A stretch of DNA of 35,117 bases from a virus (IMGVR_UViG_3300015050_000934:1-35117), one strand, 5' to 3'. Shown: positions 21,394 to 32,275, counted from the first letter of the stretch. Numbers and translations are program-made. The notes: a model not told the origin generated them from the letters alone.

Positions 21394-24146
21394 GCCGAAA
21401 TAACTCCCCACGTTTTCCAAGTGCCCGGCGTTCCGCTTGCCGTGCAAACCCAACCAATGAAGCCAGCCGCTGCCGGTGCGCTGTTAAATATAACCTCACC
21501 AATGACGTGTGCGCCAGTCGTCGGAGCCGCCGTATAAGCGCCCATGATGACGTTAGAAAGCCGCAGGGTGGAGGCCGTGTCCAGCAGCCGCGCGCCAGAC
21601 GAGTTCGTAACCGCGTTGCCGTCAATAAAGCAGCTTTGCAGTTCGTTCGTCTGGACGCCGACACCATACACCTGATCGACTACGTTGTTCGTCAGGGTAA
21701 TGTTATTCATCGTCGCCGCGCCCGACGTGTCGTTAAACGCGGTGATTGCCCCGGTGCGGATGCTGGTCGCGGGCGCACCGCTCCACGTCGTCAAGCTGTT
21801 CTGGACGAAGTTCCCGGTGACGGTCACGTTTGTCAGGCTAACGGGAGCGCCGAAGCCGCCCGCGCTGACCAGAATGCCGCCGCCGCCAAAGGTCGTCAGG
21901 TCGGACGGCGCGTAACCGGCCTGATTGACGATTGAGTTTGCAGAGATCAGGACGTTCGAGCTACCGCACGACCAGACACCGGCAAAGCGCGGACGGATGC
22001 ACTGGTTGCCCGTGACCAGAACATTGTTAGCGTTGAATAGCAGAATGCAAACAGGTTGGTTAGCTGCCGTGTATGTGTAATCGGTGCTGCTATCTTCGAT
22101 AATGTTGTTGCTGAGAACCACGGGATTAACGGCGACAGCGCCACCGCCGGGCAGGAGAACTTGGATGCCAAAATTACCGAAACCCTTGATGACGTTATCG
22201 GCAACCACAATGTCGCTGTTTTCGCCTTGGTTAACAATGATCCCGCTGTCGTTGTTCAGCAGACTGTTGCCAATGATCCGATAGTCGCGGGTCGTCTGGC
22301 CGGTTCCCGCGTAGGAGTGGACGACGATTTGACCACCATTGATAATCGTATTGCCTTGGCAAAGAACGCGGTCGGCCAGCAGGGCGATAGACGAGTTGCC
22401 GACAAGCCAAGACGGGCTGTTCAGCAGATAGTTGTTTGTGATGATAAGGTGGTTTTCTTCGTCGCTTACCGGCTGCGTCGGATTGGTGTCGATTGGCGAG
22501 AAGATGAAGTCATAGAAATAGCAGTTATCGACGATCAGCCCCTTGGTGTGGTAAATGCGAACGCCATTAACCGCAGCCGTGCCGAAGCCGATATTTTGGA
22601 AAATGCTGTTCTCAATGGTGACCAGACGCGCGAGGGTGGCCTCACCCAGCAGGATCGGGTCGCGGCGCAGATACTGAAACACGCACCTGTTGACGGTGAT
22701 GCGGTCAACATTTTCCAGCAGAATGCCGCGCGTGTCGAAGAGAACGGAGCCGCTGTTGCCGTCGAAGGTAATGCCTTCGAAGTCCAGATTGGAGACCGCC
22801 GACGCACTGTGAATAATCGCACACGCCGACGCAGCAGAGCCCATCTTGAGAACCGACGACGAGCCGACCATGAAGACGTTAGATTTGGCCGTCAGACAGC
22901 CAAGCCCAACCTGATTGACGATGTAAGTCTTGGGGCCGAGGTATAGACGCCCGCCGCCCGCCGTCGAGACCGCGTCGATGGCGGCCTGAATCGCTACGGT
23001 GTCGTTCGTGACGCCGTCGCCAACCGCGCCGAAGTCTTCAACGCTTACCGCATCGCGCATCTTGGCCTGAGCCGTGCGCGCAACAGCGCCCGTTCCTGCT
23101 TGCAGGAAGCCGATAAGTGCAGAGCCGCCAGAAGCCGCAAGCGCCGTGGACGTAAGGAAAGCGCCCGCAGAGCCGACGTTGACCGCCAAGGCCGTAGCAA
23201 CGCCCGTGCCAAGCCCCGAAACACCCGTGCTGATCGGAAGATTGGTCGCGTTGGTCAATGCCAGTGACGACGGCGTACCGCCTGCACCGTTGAACAAAAC
23301 CGGAGCGCCAGCCGACCCGATATTAACCGCGAGAGCAGTAGCAACACCCGTTCCCGGCGTGACGCCAGCCCACGTTGTCAGGTTAGCGGCGTAGGCTTGA
23401 ACGTCGGTTCCGATAACCAGCCCGAGATTCGTCCGCGCACCAGAAGCGGTTGACGCTCCGGTCCCCCCATTCGCAATCGGCAGGATGCCAATCCCGGCAT
23501 ACCGCGAGAACGTCAGCGCCGTCGTGCCGAGCACAATCGGATTAGCCGTCGTCAGGGTAAAGACCGCCCCGCCGCTTGCTGTGCCTTCAGACACGAACAT
23601 GGTCATTCCAGACATGACCTTGGCGCTTGTATCAGCATCGCCAGAACGCATTGCAGCGCCAGACGCGACCACAACGTAAATGCCGTTTTGTGATCCGGTC
23701 GATTGATCCTTCAGCAGAACCCGGTCACCCGTCGCCACCACCACGCCGTCAATGGTCGCGCCGTTAATGAGTGCGGATGCAATCGTGATGTTAGCCGTCG
23801 AGGCTACACGAACGGGGGCCTTGTATTCCAGAACCTCCGAAACCGCGAAATTGGTTGACGGGCTGTAGTCATCGAAAACGGACGGGTTGCCAATGCTTTG
23901 CCCATCGGGTCCCGTGATCGACACGCTATACGTCAGCGTATTGTCAGCCCAGATTTGAGCAAACTGGCCAGACGAGTTAGCCACAACCGGGTTAGCAAGA
24001 GGCGTCGTAAGGGCCGCGCTTGTGTAGATCGTGGCAAGCGTCGTGGTTTCGTTTTCATAGACGTACAGTTTCGCGCCCGCGACAAGGGTATCGTCACGGT
24101 CACGCGCCGGGGCGTATTCAGAAATGACAATGCGACCAGCGGCCAT
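21390..24146 (-). CDS. Tailspike / receptor-binding protein with right-handed beta-helix (pectate-lyase-like depolymerase)
   Basis: N-terminal anchor (GAKLYVYE...LANPVVANSSG), fibre segment (DRVLLKDQ...NGIYVV), SVEDFGAVGDGVTNDTVAIQAAID followed by Asn-ladder repeats. Confidence 0.9.
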   Translation of the reverse strand: MAAGRIVISEYAPARDRDDTLVAGAKLYVYENETTTLATIYTSAALTTPLANPVVANSSGQFAQIWADNTLTYSVSITGPDGQSIGNPSVFDDYSPSTNFAVSEVLEYKAPVRVASTANITIASALINGATIDGVVVATGDRVLLKDQSTGSQNGIYVVVASGAAMRSGDADTSAKVMSGMTMFVSEGTASGGAVFTLTTANPIVLGTTALTFSRYAGIGILPIANGGTGASTASGARTNLGLVIGTDVQAYAANLTTWAGVTPGTGVATALAVNIGSAGAPVLFNGAGGTPSSLALTNATNLPISTGVSGLGTGVATALAVNVGSAGAFLTSTALAASGGSALIGFLQAGTGAVARTAQAKMRDAVSVEDFGAVGDGVTNDTVAIQAAIDAVSTAGGGRLYLGPKTYIVNQVGLGCLTAKSNVFMVGSSSVLKMGSAASACAIIHSASAVSNLDFEGITFDGNSGSVLFDTRGILLENVDRITVNRCVFQYLRRDPILLGEATLARLVTIENSIFQNIGFGTAAVNGVRIYHTKGLIVDNCYFYDFIFSPIDTNPTQPVSDEENHLIITNNYLLNSPSWLVGNSSIALLADRVLCQGNTIINGGQIVVHSYAGTGQTTRDYRIIGNSLLNNDSGIIVNQGENSDIVVADNVIKGFGNFGIQVLLPGGGAVAVNPVVLSNNIIEDSSTDYTYTAANQPVCILLFNANNVLVTGNQCIRPRFAGVWSCGSSNVLISANSIVNQAGYAPSDLTTFGGGGILVSAGGFGAPVSLTNVTVTGNFVQNSLTTWSGAPATSIRTGAITAFNDTSGAATMNNITLTNNVVDQVYGVGVQTNELQSCFIDGNAVTNSSGARLLDTASTLRLSNVIMGAYTAAPTTGAHVIGEVIFNSAPAAAGFIGWVCTASGTPGTWKTWGVISA

Positions 24147-27016
24147 TATTCTTCATCCCCTGCGTATTCACCAGCTCCGCGCGATGCGGCAAACCGGATT
24201 GCTCTAAGCGTGTCGCGGGCCTCTTGCCTGTTCATCCGCGTGGCCAGCATGTCAATGACCTCACGGGTGCGGGCCGGGTCCATAGCCGCAAGGCTGATAG
24301 CCTCTGCTTGTTGGTCGCTGAACCCGCGAGACATGAACCGGCGACCGAGGCGAGCCATGATGCCCGGCAGGTTCCCCCGCGCCACGTCACCAATCGCACC
24401 GCCGATTTCCGCCGCTTGGTCAGCAGCGTTCGTCATCGTTTCAGAGCCGACGCGGGGCGATACCCGTTGAGCGTCTTGCAACACCCGCAACTCAGCCTCA
24501 GACCGAGCGCGAAGGCGCGGAGCATCAACCCCAAGCGCAGCCGCACGGCGGAACTGGTCTTCATTACTGGCGAGGCTTTCCAGAACACCGCGAGCGCCGG
24601 TCGGGCCAGAGCCTTGGGCCTCCATTGCCTGACGAGCCGCAGCCCGTTGAACATTCATTTCCGGCGGCGTAGCGTTTGTGGCTTGGCGAATGAAGGCGTC
24701 GGTAGAACGCTCGCTGATCGGGTCAGGAGCAGCTTGCACGAAGTTACGGCCCGTGGTCGCCGCCTCCATAAGCTGACTGTCATCGGCGTACTGACGAAGC
24801 CAATTGTCGTAGCCTTCCGACGATTGCCTAGCCGATTCTCGGATAGCGCGGCCAAGGTCGCGGAGAACAGGGCCGTTAGCGGGCGTTTGTGAGCGGAAAG
24901 CGCCAGCCGCCGCAGCGTTCAGGGCGGCGGACACATCTTGCGCCTCACGCACCGTCATCGCCGCACCTGAGGGATTATCAAGCGCCATGTCCGCAAGCTG
25001 GTTAAGTCGTCCAGCCGCCGCGCGTTCTGCCGGGTCAAGGGAGGCTTGAGCGCGAACCGCCGCCTCTCGAATAGCATTGCGTGCCATGTCAGAGCGAACC
25101 GCTTGCACGGCGTTTTCATTCAACCGGACTTGCTGGCCACCAAAGTCAGCCATGCCCTCTTGTGCGTTCGCGCGGCGGGTTGCCGACAGTTCATCAATCA
25201 CATCGAGAGTGGGCCGCGTCTCTTGCGAGATTTCCTCACCCGCCATTTGGCGAACACGCGCAGGAAGGTTTCGGCGCATGGTTTCAGGCAGCCGAGAGGC
25301 AACCTCGCGAGCGCCAGTATCCCGCGTGTTTAGTGCGCGGAACGTACCCGCCCGAGCGTCATCCACCAGATTGATAAGGCGGGGCTGAACCCCAAGCGCC
25401 TCAAGCTCATCCGCGCGTTGCGTCAACACGCCCGCATCCGGGTTGAACCGTGCGCCGTACCTGTCAACCGCTCCCTCAAGCACGTTAGGGGCTAGGCGAC
25501 GGGAAGCCTCCGCAGCGCCGGGAACGCCGAACCGCTCGCCAAGCGCCGCAATAGGACGGGCAATCACGCGGCCTGCCGGAGCGAGGACATTATTGATTAC
25601 CGGACGGGCAGCCGCGCCAACCACCGGAGCAGCAACAGCACCGAGAACGCCGCCCTGAACGGTATCACCAGCCCGCTCGCCTAGGTCGCCTTCGCTAGAG
25701 CCAAACCCATAAGCAGCACCCGCAGCACCGCCACCAGCAGCCAAACGAGCGGCATTCTGACCCCCGCGCACAACGCGATCAACTAGCGGCGCGCTGCGAG
25801 CCAGCCGAGGGGCTTGGCGAAGGATTTGTGGAGCCAGACGTGCCGTACCGACGCCGCCACCCACAGCGCCGACCAACTGGCCAGCCCCGCGAGTCAGCGG
25901 CATTTGCTCCGCATCGGCCTCATCAATCCCGCGCATCAGATCGAGGTTCTGACGATACGCGCCGCCCCAATCACCATTCCAGCCGCCGCGCGTTCCACGG
26001 TCCAGCGGAGCAAGCGTATTCAGGCCAGCGGTGATTTCATCCGAAAGGCCAAAGGTTGCCGCATCCGCAATGCCGCGAACGAACGTATCAGCACGACGGC
26101 CAATGCCTTGATCAGCAGTGCGCGCCTCAATCGCACCCATAGCCGGTGCAGCCTCGCCCTCAGAACCGGGACGGGCGGAGCCGTTGACGCCGCCTCCATC
26201 AGGCGGAGGAGCGCCACCGCCGTCTTCCGGGAAGATGGGGTTGCCTTGATCGTCGCGAGGATAGCGCCACACCCCATCAGCGCCACGGACGCGACCACTT
26301 GCAGCAAGGGCTTCCGGGGTTTCGTCCGGCAGAAGGTCGCGAATGCGAAGGTTGTTTGGGTCGTTAGGATCGTAAGGCGCGGCTTGGCCAATACCTTGAG
26401 CCACCGCGTTAATCATCATCCGGCGTTGTTCGGACTTTTGAGCCAAAACTTCGGGGCTGTCGCCGGGCTGCGGAAGAGCCGCGCGGATCAGGCGCTGCGC
26501 TTCAGTAGGAGTTACCGCAGCGCCAGACATGATCGGCAGGATAGCCGCCTCAAACGTCTTGGCCGCTTGGTTGTAAGCATTGTAGTCCTCGCCACCAGCA
26601 ATGCGAGCGGCAAATCCCGCGTCAAAAGGAACAGCCTCTAGCGCAGCAGCGCCCGCGTTCTGGAAGCTCGACGGGTTGTAACCCTCGCGGTCCATACGCT
26701 CCATGTTGTCTTGCGCGGCTTGGAGCGGGCCAAGGTTAATCATGAACCGCGCGCGAGCGTCAGCCCCAACCATCGGAGACGATTCCGCACCGTTTCCAGC
26801 CGCCGCAGCCTGAGCAGCAGAGACAATCGTATCCATGCCGCCGCGCGGGCCGTAGCGGACGACAGCGCCGTTCGGGAGGCGCATCGCGCCTTGGCCGTAT
26901 TCTGGCGCGGGAAGCGGCTCAGTTTGCTCCCACGACGCCTCTTGCTTGGGGTCACCGCCCTTGAAGCGGTATCCGTCGATAACCGCGCCGACTTCGGGAG
27001 CCTCTTGCTGCGCCAT
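24146..27016 (-). CDS. Large internal virion / DNA ejection protein
   Basis: 956 aa, Ala/Gly/Arg-rich and helical, DAATFGLSDEI motif, third of three ejection-type genes. Confidence 0.75.
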   Translation of the reverse strand: MAQQEAPEVGAVIDGYRFKGGDPKQEASWEQTEPLPAPEYGQGAMRLPNGAVVRYGPRGGMDTIVSAAQAAAAGNGAESSPMVGADARARFMINLGPLQAAQDNMERMDREGYNPSSFQNAGAAALEAVPFDAGFAARIAGGEDYNAYNQAAKTFEAAILPIMSGAAVTPTEAQRLIRAALPQPGDSPEVLAQKSEQRRMMINAVAQGIGQAAPYDPNDPNNLRIRDLLPDETPEALAASGRVRGADGVWRYPRDDQGNPIFPEDGGGAPPPDGGGVNGSARPGSEGEAAPAMGAIEARTADQGIGRRADTFVRGIADAATFGLSDEITAGLNTLAPLDRGTRGGWNGDWGGAYRQNLDLMRGIDEADAEQMPLTRGAGQLVGAVGGGVGTARLAPQILRQAPRLARSAPLVDRVVRGGQNAARLAAGGGAAGAAYGFGSSEGDLGERAGDTVQGGVLGAVAAPVVGAAARPVINNVLAPAGRVIARPIAALGERFGVPGAAEASRRLAPNVLEGAVDRYGARFNPDAGVLTQRADELEALGVQPRLINLVDDARAGTFRALNTRDTGAREVASRLPETMRRNLPARVRQMAGEEISQETRPTLDVIDELSATRRANAQEGMADFGGQQVRLNENAVQAVRSDMARNAIREAAVRAQASLDPAERAAAGRLNQLADMALDNPSGAAMTVREAQDVSAALNAAAAGAFRSQTPANGPVLRDLGRAIRESARQSSEGYDNWLRQYADDSQLMEAATTGRNFVQAAPDPISERSTDAFIRQATNATPPEMNVQRAAARQAMEAQGSGPTGARGVLESLASNEDQFRRAAALGVDAPRLRARSEAELRVLQDAQRVSPRVGSETMTNAADQAAEIGGAIGDVARGNLPGIMARLGRRFMSRGFSDQQAEAISLAAMDPARTREVIDMLATRMNRQEARDTLRAIRFAASRGAGEYAGDEE

Positions 27017-27739
27017 TTAGTAACGCTCCCACGGACGACGAGCAGGGCCAGCCGGAGCCGCAGCACCGCTATTGCCAGAGCGAGGGCGGGGAGGCGCACG
27101 GCGAGCGCCGGAAAGGCGTTGCTGGCCTTCCAGATAATCGGGGTCCAATTCCATGCCGGAGCCGTCCGCCTTGCGACGATAGCCGGTTGGCAGGCTAGGC
27201 GGGGCCACAGGCGCATCGTAAACTGTGCTGTAAACGCCCGTGTAACGATCAGGCCGAATAACATCACCGCCCGACATACGGTCATTAGCAGTCACCGCAC
27301 CCACTTCGCCACCAACCGCCGTCACCAGAGAGCGGAGTTGAGCGTCGCTCATGTCGGCGGAATCGAGTTGCGCCAGCACTTCATCCGGGTATCCCATTTG
27401 CTGAAGCACCGGGCGAAGCGTGGTCGTGTAAATCTCACGGCGCTGATCGGGCGGGGCCTGCAACAGACCCTCTGCACCCTGAAGGATGAACTTCAGTTTT
27501 TCCGTTCTTTCCGCCGCATCACGCTCGCGTTGCGCGTCGGCATCACGGGTCATGTCAGCGCCGATTTGCCGTTGGCCTGCAAGGTCACCAGCGCCGCCAA
27601 GGGCAGACATTGCCGCAGCAGCATCACCACCCGCCAAGGCATTACCAGCCACACGACGAGCGCGGGACTGGGCCATCATCTGTTGTTGGTTGAAGCCGTC
27701 AGAAAGCGCGTTGGTAGCCGCGTAAGGATCGACCTGCAT
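27017..27739 (-). CDS. Internal virion / DNA ejection protein
   Basis: TAATG coupling, Ala/Gln-rich, position between ejection genes. Confidence 0.7.
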   Translation of the reverse strand: MQVDPYAATNALSDGFNQQQMMAQSRARRVAGNALAGGDAAAAMSALGGAGDLAGQRQIGADMTRDADAQRERDAAERTEKLKFILQGAEGLLQAPPDQRREIYTTTLRPVLQQMGYPDEVLAQLDSADMSDAQLRSLVTAVGGEVGAVTANDRMSGGDVIRPDRYTGVYSTVYDAPVAPPSLPTGYRRKADGSGMELDPDYLEGQQRLSGARRAPPRPRSGNSGAAAPAGPARRPWERY

Positions 27740-28785
27740 TAGAACAGCCCCCAAAGATCAGACGGCGGATTCTGACCACCCGTCCCGCCTGTCGAACCCG
27801 TAGGCCAGTTATAGGCGATGTTCCCGCCGATATTCCCCAGCGCGTTACCCCAAGCGTTTGCCTGCGTCCCGTAGCTGGACTGAAGGGCATTCGAGGCGTT
27901 CTGATTGTTCTGGCCGACCTGTGCGCCATACTGGCCAGCCAAGGCGTTGCCCTGACCTGTAGCCGTTTGGCCGAGGCCCGCCACGCTAAACAGTTGGTTC
28001 ATTTGCGTGTTGTATTCGTTCGACGCATAGTCCTGACCGTATCGCGTCAAGGCCCGCAGCGTGTCCCCGCTTTGCATCGAGCCCGAGGCCGCACGGTTGG
28101 CGTTAATCCCCCGCTGGCCTTCATCGAACCGGAACTGATAGCCGGGCGAGGCATAGAAGCCGCCATAACGGTTCTCAGGATCAAGCACGTTCGGACCACC
28201 AGCAGGTGCCGTTCCCGTAAGCGTCGGGCCTTGTGCGCCCGGCAGAACTTGCGGACCTGTAGAGCCGTCCGTCGAAAGCACATTCGATCCGGTAGCGAGC
28301 GGCATTACAGAGGGGCTGTCAGGCATCAGGCCGGGAGCCATCTGCGCCACGTCCTGCTGATCGCCCATCTGGCGAGGCATGACCGATCGATCATCTTGCG
28401 GGCTAAGGCCCGGAGCAAACAACGCCACGTCGCGCTGATCGTAACTCGCCCCGCCCGTGCCGTATCCACCACCCCCACCACCGCCAACGGTCGGGGCAAC
28501 ACCACCACCGCCAATCAAAGGCTGGCCACCACCCACCCGAGGCGCAACGGGAGACGCTTGGCCACCCAAGCCCAGACGACGGTTAATCTCTGACAGCGCA
28601 GCCGTACCCGAGGCCCGCCACGGAGCAAGGTCCGTCCGCTGCTGGTTGAAAATGTCCCGCTGAAGCGCGTTGTTTTGGTCGGCTACACCTTGTGCTGCCC
28701 TCGCCTGACGATCAGCGCCACGCGAGGCAATCGCAGCTCCACCAAGGGTCACGGCCCCAGCAATAAGAGGAACAGCAACTGGCAT
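27739..28785 (-). CDS. DNA transfer (pilot) protein, P22 gp7-like
   Basis: Hydrophobic Ala/Gly N-terminus, PWRASGTAAL, SPGYQFRFDEGQRG...SGDTLRALTRYGQDYAS. Confidence 0.8.
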   Translation of the reverse strand: MPVAVPLIAGAVTLGGAAIASRGADRQARAAQGVADQNNALQRDIFNQQRTDLAPWRASGTAALSEINRRLGLGGQASPVAPRVGGGQPLIGGGGVAPTVGGGGGGGYGTGGASYDQRDVALFAPGLSPQDDRSVMPRQMGDQQDVAQMAPGLMPDSPSVMPLATGSNVLSTDGSTGPQVLPGAQGPTLTGTAPAGGPNVLDPENRYGGFYASPGYQFRFDEGQRGINANRAASGSMQSGDTLRALTRYGQDYASNEYNTQMNQLFSVAGLGQTATGQGNALAGQYGAQVGQNNQNASNALQSSYGTQANAWGNALGNIGGNIAYNWPTGSTGGTGGQNPPSDLWGLF

Positions 28786-29417
28786 CAGATAGCCTCCAAC
28801 TCAGGGCCATGCAGCACCTTGCCGCAACAGATCATCAGCGGAGAGATCGAGACAAGATCAATCATCGGCGCGAAGCAAACCGCAGCCCATTGGTTGTAAT
28901 GCCAGACGGCTTTAGCCGGGTTGGTCTTGAGCATCAGAAACGCCGCTCCAGCAGCATGAGAGGGAGATATTGCCTCTAGTTTCTCATGAAACTGCTGACC
29001 GGCCTGTAAGCAAGCATCGCTCGCCTGTATCCAATCCTCAATGCAGAGGACGTGATATTCTCCAAACCATAGCCGAAACCCTGCTATCCGCGCAAGTGCC
29101 CGAGCAGCAACATTCCCCGCCGGAAGCTGCGTCACAAGTTTAACCGCGTCCGTCTTCAAGAAGACGTATTCAAGCGCCTCCTTCAGATTGTCCCGAACCT
29201 TTGCCCCCCTGACTTCAGGCAGGAAAAGCGAGTGGACCTCGTACTGACAAGCACCGAGATTCCGCAGAACCCATCCACCGCCCTCAAACTGCAAGGCGAT
29301 GTTTGCCGGGTCACAGATCAGCGCCGACAGATCGACTTCGCCCTCACCCTTAAGCCACGGCCTGACCTTGGGATGATTAGCGACTTCGTTCAGGACGGTC
29401 GGGTCTAGCGTCCTCAC
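28785..29417 (-). CDS. GNAT-fold virion assembly protein (P22 gp14-like)
   Basis: YEVHSLFLPEVRG...PAGNVAARALARIAGF, position before the pilot protein. Confidence 0.7.
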   Translation of the reverse strand: MRTLDPTVLNEVANHPKVRPWLKGEGEVDLSALICDPANIALQFEGGGWVLRNLGACQYEVHSLFLPEVRGAKVRDNLKEALEYVFLKTDAVKLVTQLPAGNVAARALARIAGFRLWFGEYHVLCIEDWIQASDACLQAGQQFHEKLEAISPSHAAGAAFLMLKTNPAKAVWHYNQWAAVCFAPMIDLVSISPLMICCGKVLHGPELEAI

Positions 29418-29749
29418 GCTTGCTGATCGCTGCGGTAGTAGTTCACCGACAGATTGACCGCCGTGTTAGCGTCCGCCTTGGCATACAAGGCCGCGCCATT
29501 GGCCAGCACAACAGCACCGACCGGCACCGTTACGCTTTGTCCCCGAAACACCGTCTGAACCGTCATCTGGTTAGCCGTGGTTGCGGAACCCGCCGAGGGC
29601 ACCTGATACAAAGTAACAAACCGGCTGGTCGTGTCGATGTTCATGGCGACCACCGAGGTAATCACACACGACTCGTTAGCCCCCGCAGTCACCAGCGCAA
29701 CAGCAGTAGTCGTTAGTTGGGTTGTTACGCCCGTCGCTTGGGTTGCCAT
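29414..29749 (-). CDS. Small virion structural protein
   Basis: Thr/Ala/Val-rich beta-type protein in the tail cluster. Confidence 0.7.
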   Translation of the reverse strand: MATQATGVTTQLTTTAVALVTAGANESCVITSVVAMNIDTTSRFVTLYQVPSAGSATTANQMTVQTVFRGQSVTVPVGAVVLANGAALYAKADANTAVNLSVNYYRSDQQA

Positions 29750-30885
29750 CAGAGATGCTCCACAACAATCACGCGGCCTGCGCCGCCATTTCCGCCATTA
29801 CCGGATACCACGCTGCCAGCGCCGGTAGCGCCACCACCACCGCCGCCGCCGCCAACAACCCCATCACCACCGTCGCCGCCGTCATCAGTGGTTGCTCCAC
29901 CGCCACCGCCACCGCCATAGCCGGGGCCGAAATACACATCGGAATCACCTGCCGTAGAACCGGGCGAGCCTGACGTGCCTGCCGCACCACCCGCACCGCC
30001 GCCACCCGTTGCCGTAAGAGCGCGCCAAGAACCCGCCGCGCCAGCACCGCCAGCCCCGGTATTATACCCACCGCCACCACCACCGCCGGGAGCGCCTTGA
30101 TAATCATTTGAGGCGTCTGACGCTGTGACCAAACTTCCGTCCGTGCCAAGCCCGCCACGAAACAAGTTGCCGTAAAGAGTTGTTACCGCGCCACCAACCC
30201 CCGCAACGCCAATAGAGCCAGCGGTGCCGAAATTTCCGCCATTTGCATAAAGCAGATCACCAAACGCGCTATATCCGCCCGCCGTGGCCGCAACGCCCGG
30301 CGAGCCGCCCGATCCAGCAGCACCAACCGTCACCGTGATAGTGGCTGGCAAGGTCGCCGCGTTCATCGTGGCATAAGTGTAACCGCCCCCACCGCCACCA
30401 CCGCCGCCGCCGCCCGTGCTGACAATCGACCCACGGCCTCCACCGCCACCTCCACCAATGCAGTAAACGTCAATCGAGCGAACGTCAGAGCCAGCGGAAT
30501 AGGTGTCGTCCGCGTCAAAGATAACCACGCGCGTCTTAGGCACCGGAGACAGCGCAGCCGTGCTGACGCCCTGTAGCGATTGAAACTGACGCGCAAGGGC
30601 CTCTAGTTGACCCGTCAGGCGGTCAATCCCGTCCAGCCGACCTTGTGCCGCCACATCGCCCAAAGCCCGCGCAAGGGCCTCGTTCTGGCCTGTAGCAATA
30701 AGCCCCTGAATCGTGCCGAGGTTCGATACCGTCAGGATTTCAAAGAACTCATCCGTAAAGCCGCCCGTCCGCTCCCACAGGTTCAATAGAAACCGCTGAA
30801 ACGTCTGTGTCGCCCGACCCGTTGCAGGGTCAACGACAGGGAACGCCGCCTGCAGAGGAGAAACATCGACAGGACGCGCAACCAT
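29749..30885 (-). CDS. Tail protein with glycine-rich C-terminal domain (needle position)
   Basis: N-terminal VDPATGRAT..F.RFL anchor, coiled coil, GGGGGGG repeats. Confidence 0.75.
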   Translation of the reverse strand: MVARPVDVSPLQAAFPVVDPATGRATQTFQRFLLNLWERTGGFTDEFFEILTVSNLGTIQGLIATGQNEALARALGDVAAQGRLDGIDRLTGQLEALARQFQSLQGVSTAALSPVPKTRVVIFDADDTYSAGSDVRSIDVYCIGGGGGGGRGSIVSTGGGGGGGGGGGYTYATMNAATLPATITVTVGAAGSGGSPGVAATAGGYSAFGDLLYANGGNFGTAGSIGVAGVGGAVTTLYGNLFRGGLGTDGSLVTASDASNDYQGAPGGGGGGGYNTGAGGAGAAGSWRALTATGGGGAGGAAGTSGSPGSTAGDSDVYFGPGYGGGGGGGATTDDGGDGGDGVVGGGGGGGGATGAGSVVSGNGGNGGAGRVIVVEHL

Positions 30886-32273
30886 CAGAACGGCTCATTG
30901 TAAGTGGCGTACTGTAGCGTTGTCTGCACGTTGTCAGAATCTACCACTTCAAACAAGAAGCCCGGCGAGCGATACTGGCCAAGCCGCGTCCAGAACACGC
31001 GCTTGTTATACTGGCCAATAAATCCGAGGTTCGCTTGCTTCTCGTCGCCCCAAGTCATCCCACCGTCTTTGGAGCACTTGATACGCATAACCGGCAATGC
31101 TTCCGGGTTAGGTGATGCGCCCGTGTTGCACTGAATCCAGAGGCTATCAATCGAGGCGCGCTTGATCGTCGGAACTCCACCGCCAACCACGCGATAGATC
31201 GGGTCGCCGTTGTCGTTCCCTATCGCCGGATTAAGCGTAAACAACTTCCCGCTCTGGCTATCGCCAAGCACCACCGAAGACCCCGCCGAGGCGACCGCGA
31301 CGTGACCACGGAACCGATCAAGTCCGTAGCTTTGCCACTCGCACCATGCGCCGGTTGACACGTCAAATGCGAATGATCCCTGATCGCACGAAACGATATA
31401 AAAGGCGTGGCCATCAAGGATGAACGCAATGGCCGTGAAGTCACTGCCCGAAAGCCTGAACTTCTCTTCAATCGAGGTGGTGCTGATGCGTTGTGGAACG
31501 TCAGCCGCCCGATAAGCAATCCGCCCTTGCTCATTGTCCTCACCCACAAAGAAAATCGTGTTGTCGAACATCAGCACGCAGTCGCGAGACGTTGCCCCCC
31601 GCGAGAATATCCGGCCCTGATACCGCTGGAATGGCGCATCGCTCTGACCGGTCGGAAGCCAAACCTCCGCGCTTTCCGAATCAAACAGCCAAAGCTCCGA
31701 AGCTGTGGCAATCGTGGCAACCGAGTTGTCGGGCGAGCTTTCCGCCGTAAAGAAGTCCAGCGGATCAATCGTAATCTCACCGGGACGGATGAAGTACCGC
31801 CGACCAATCCCGCCAGCCTGCACGACGATATAACCGTTAATCTCGGTTACGTCCGTCGCGGTATAGGACGACGGCACCGTTACCCGCCTTACGTCCGTTC
31901 CGTCGTAGAGGTACAGTTCACCCCCAGCGACAAAGAACAGCCCTTGCACAAGGTCAGTCCCCGCCCACCGGATCAGATCAGTCCCCGCAATCGCGGTCAG
32001 ACCGCCCCCGAACGGAACCGCCACACCAGCCCGATAAAGCGTCGTCAGGGACACACAGAACAGATCACCGCTAAACAGGCCATCTTCGCGGAATACCCCG
32101 CGCTGCATGGTCCCCACGGTGCTATTAAGCACCAGACCAGGCCTAGGCAGGATAGCCACCCCTGTTACCTGATTGGCGTCTGCCTTCTCGACATAGCGGT
32201 TTATCAGGCGGATGGGAGGAAGTTTCCCGACCGACCTTGTGTCATACGTCGTACCGAGAACTGCGGCGGGCAT
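30885..32273 (-). CDS. Tail hub / packaged-DNA stabilization protein (P22 gp10-like)
   Basis: PLDFFTAESSPD, SKDGGMTW...GFIGQYNKRVFWTRLG motifs. Confidence 0.85.
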   Translation of the reverse strand: MPAAVLGTTYDTRSVGKLPPIRLINRYVEKADANQVTGVAILPRPGLVLNSTVGTMQRGVFREDGLFSGDLFCVSLTTLYRAGVAVPFGGGLTAIAGTDLIRWAGTDLVQGLFFVAGGELYLYDGTDVRRVTVPSSYTATDVTEINGYIVVQAGGIGRRYFIRPGEITIDPLDFFTAESSPDNSVATIATASELWLFDSESAEVWLPTGQSDAPFQRYQGRIFSRGATSRDCVLMFDNTIFFVGEDNEQGRIAYRAADVPQRISTTSIEEKFRLSGSDFTAIAFILDGHAFYIVSCDQGSFAFDVSTGAWCEWQSYGLDRFRGHVAVASAGSSVVLGDSQSGKLFTLNPAIGNDNGDPIYRVVGGGVPTIKRASIDSLWIQCNTGASPNPEALPVMRIKCSKDGGMTWGDEKQANLGFIGQYNKRVFWTRLGQYRSPGFLFEVVDSDNVQTTLQYATYNEPF

Positions 32274-32275
32274 TT

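Noticed and set aside
22056-28593. Long plus-strand ORFs (e.g. 22056..22946, 25814..26641, 26711..27742, 27967..28593)
   Set aside because: Antisense shadows of well-supported GC-rich structural genes, with no motifs or RBS.
29769-30460. Runs of CCG/CCA triplets resembling a tandem repeat array
   Set aside because: Explained by poly-glycine codons of the minus-strand tail protein.
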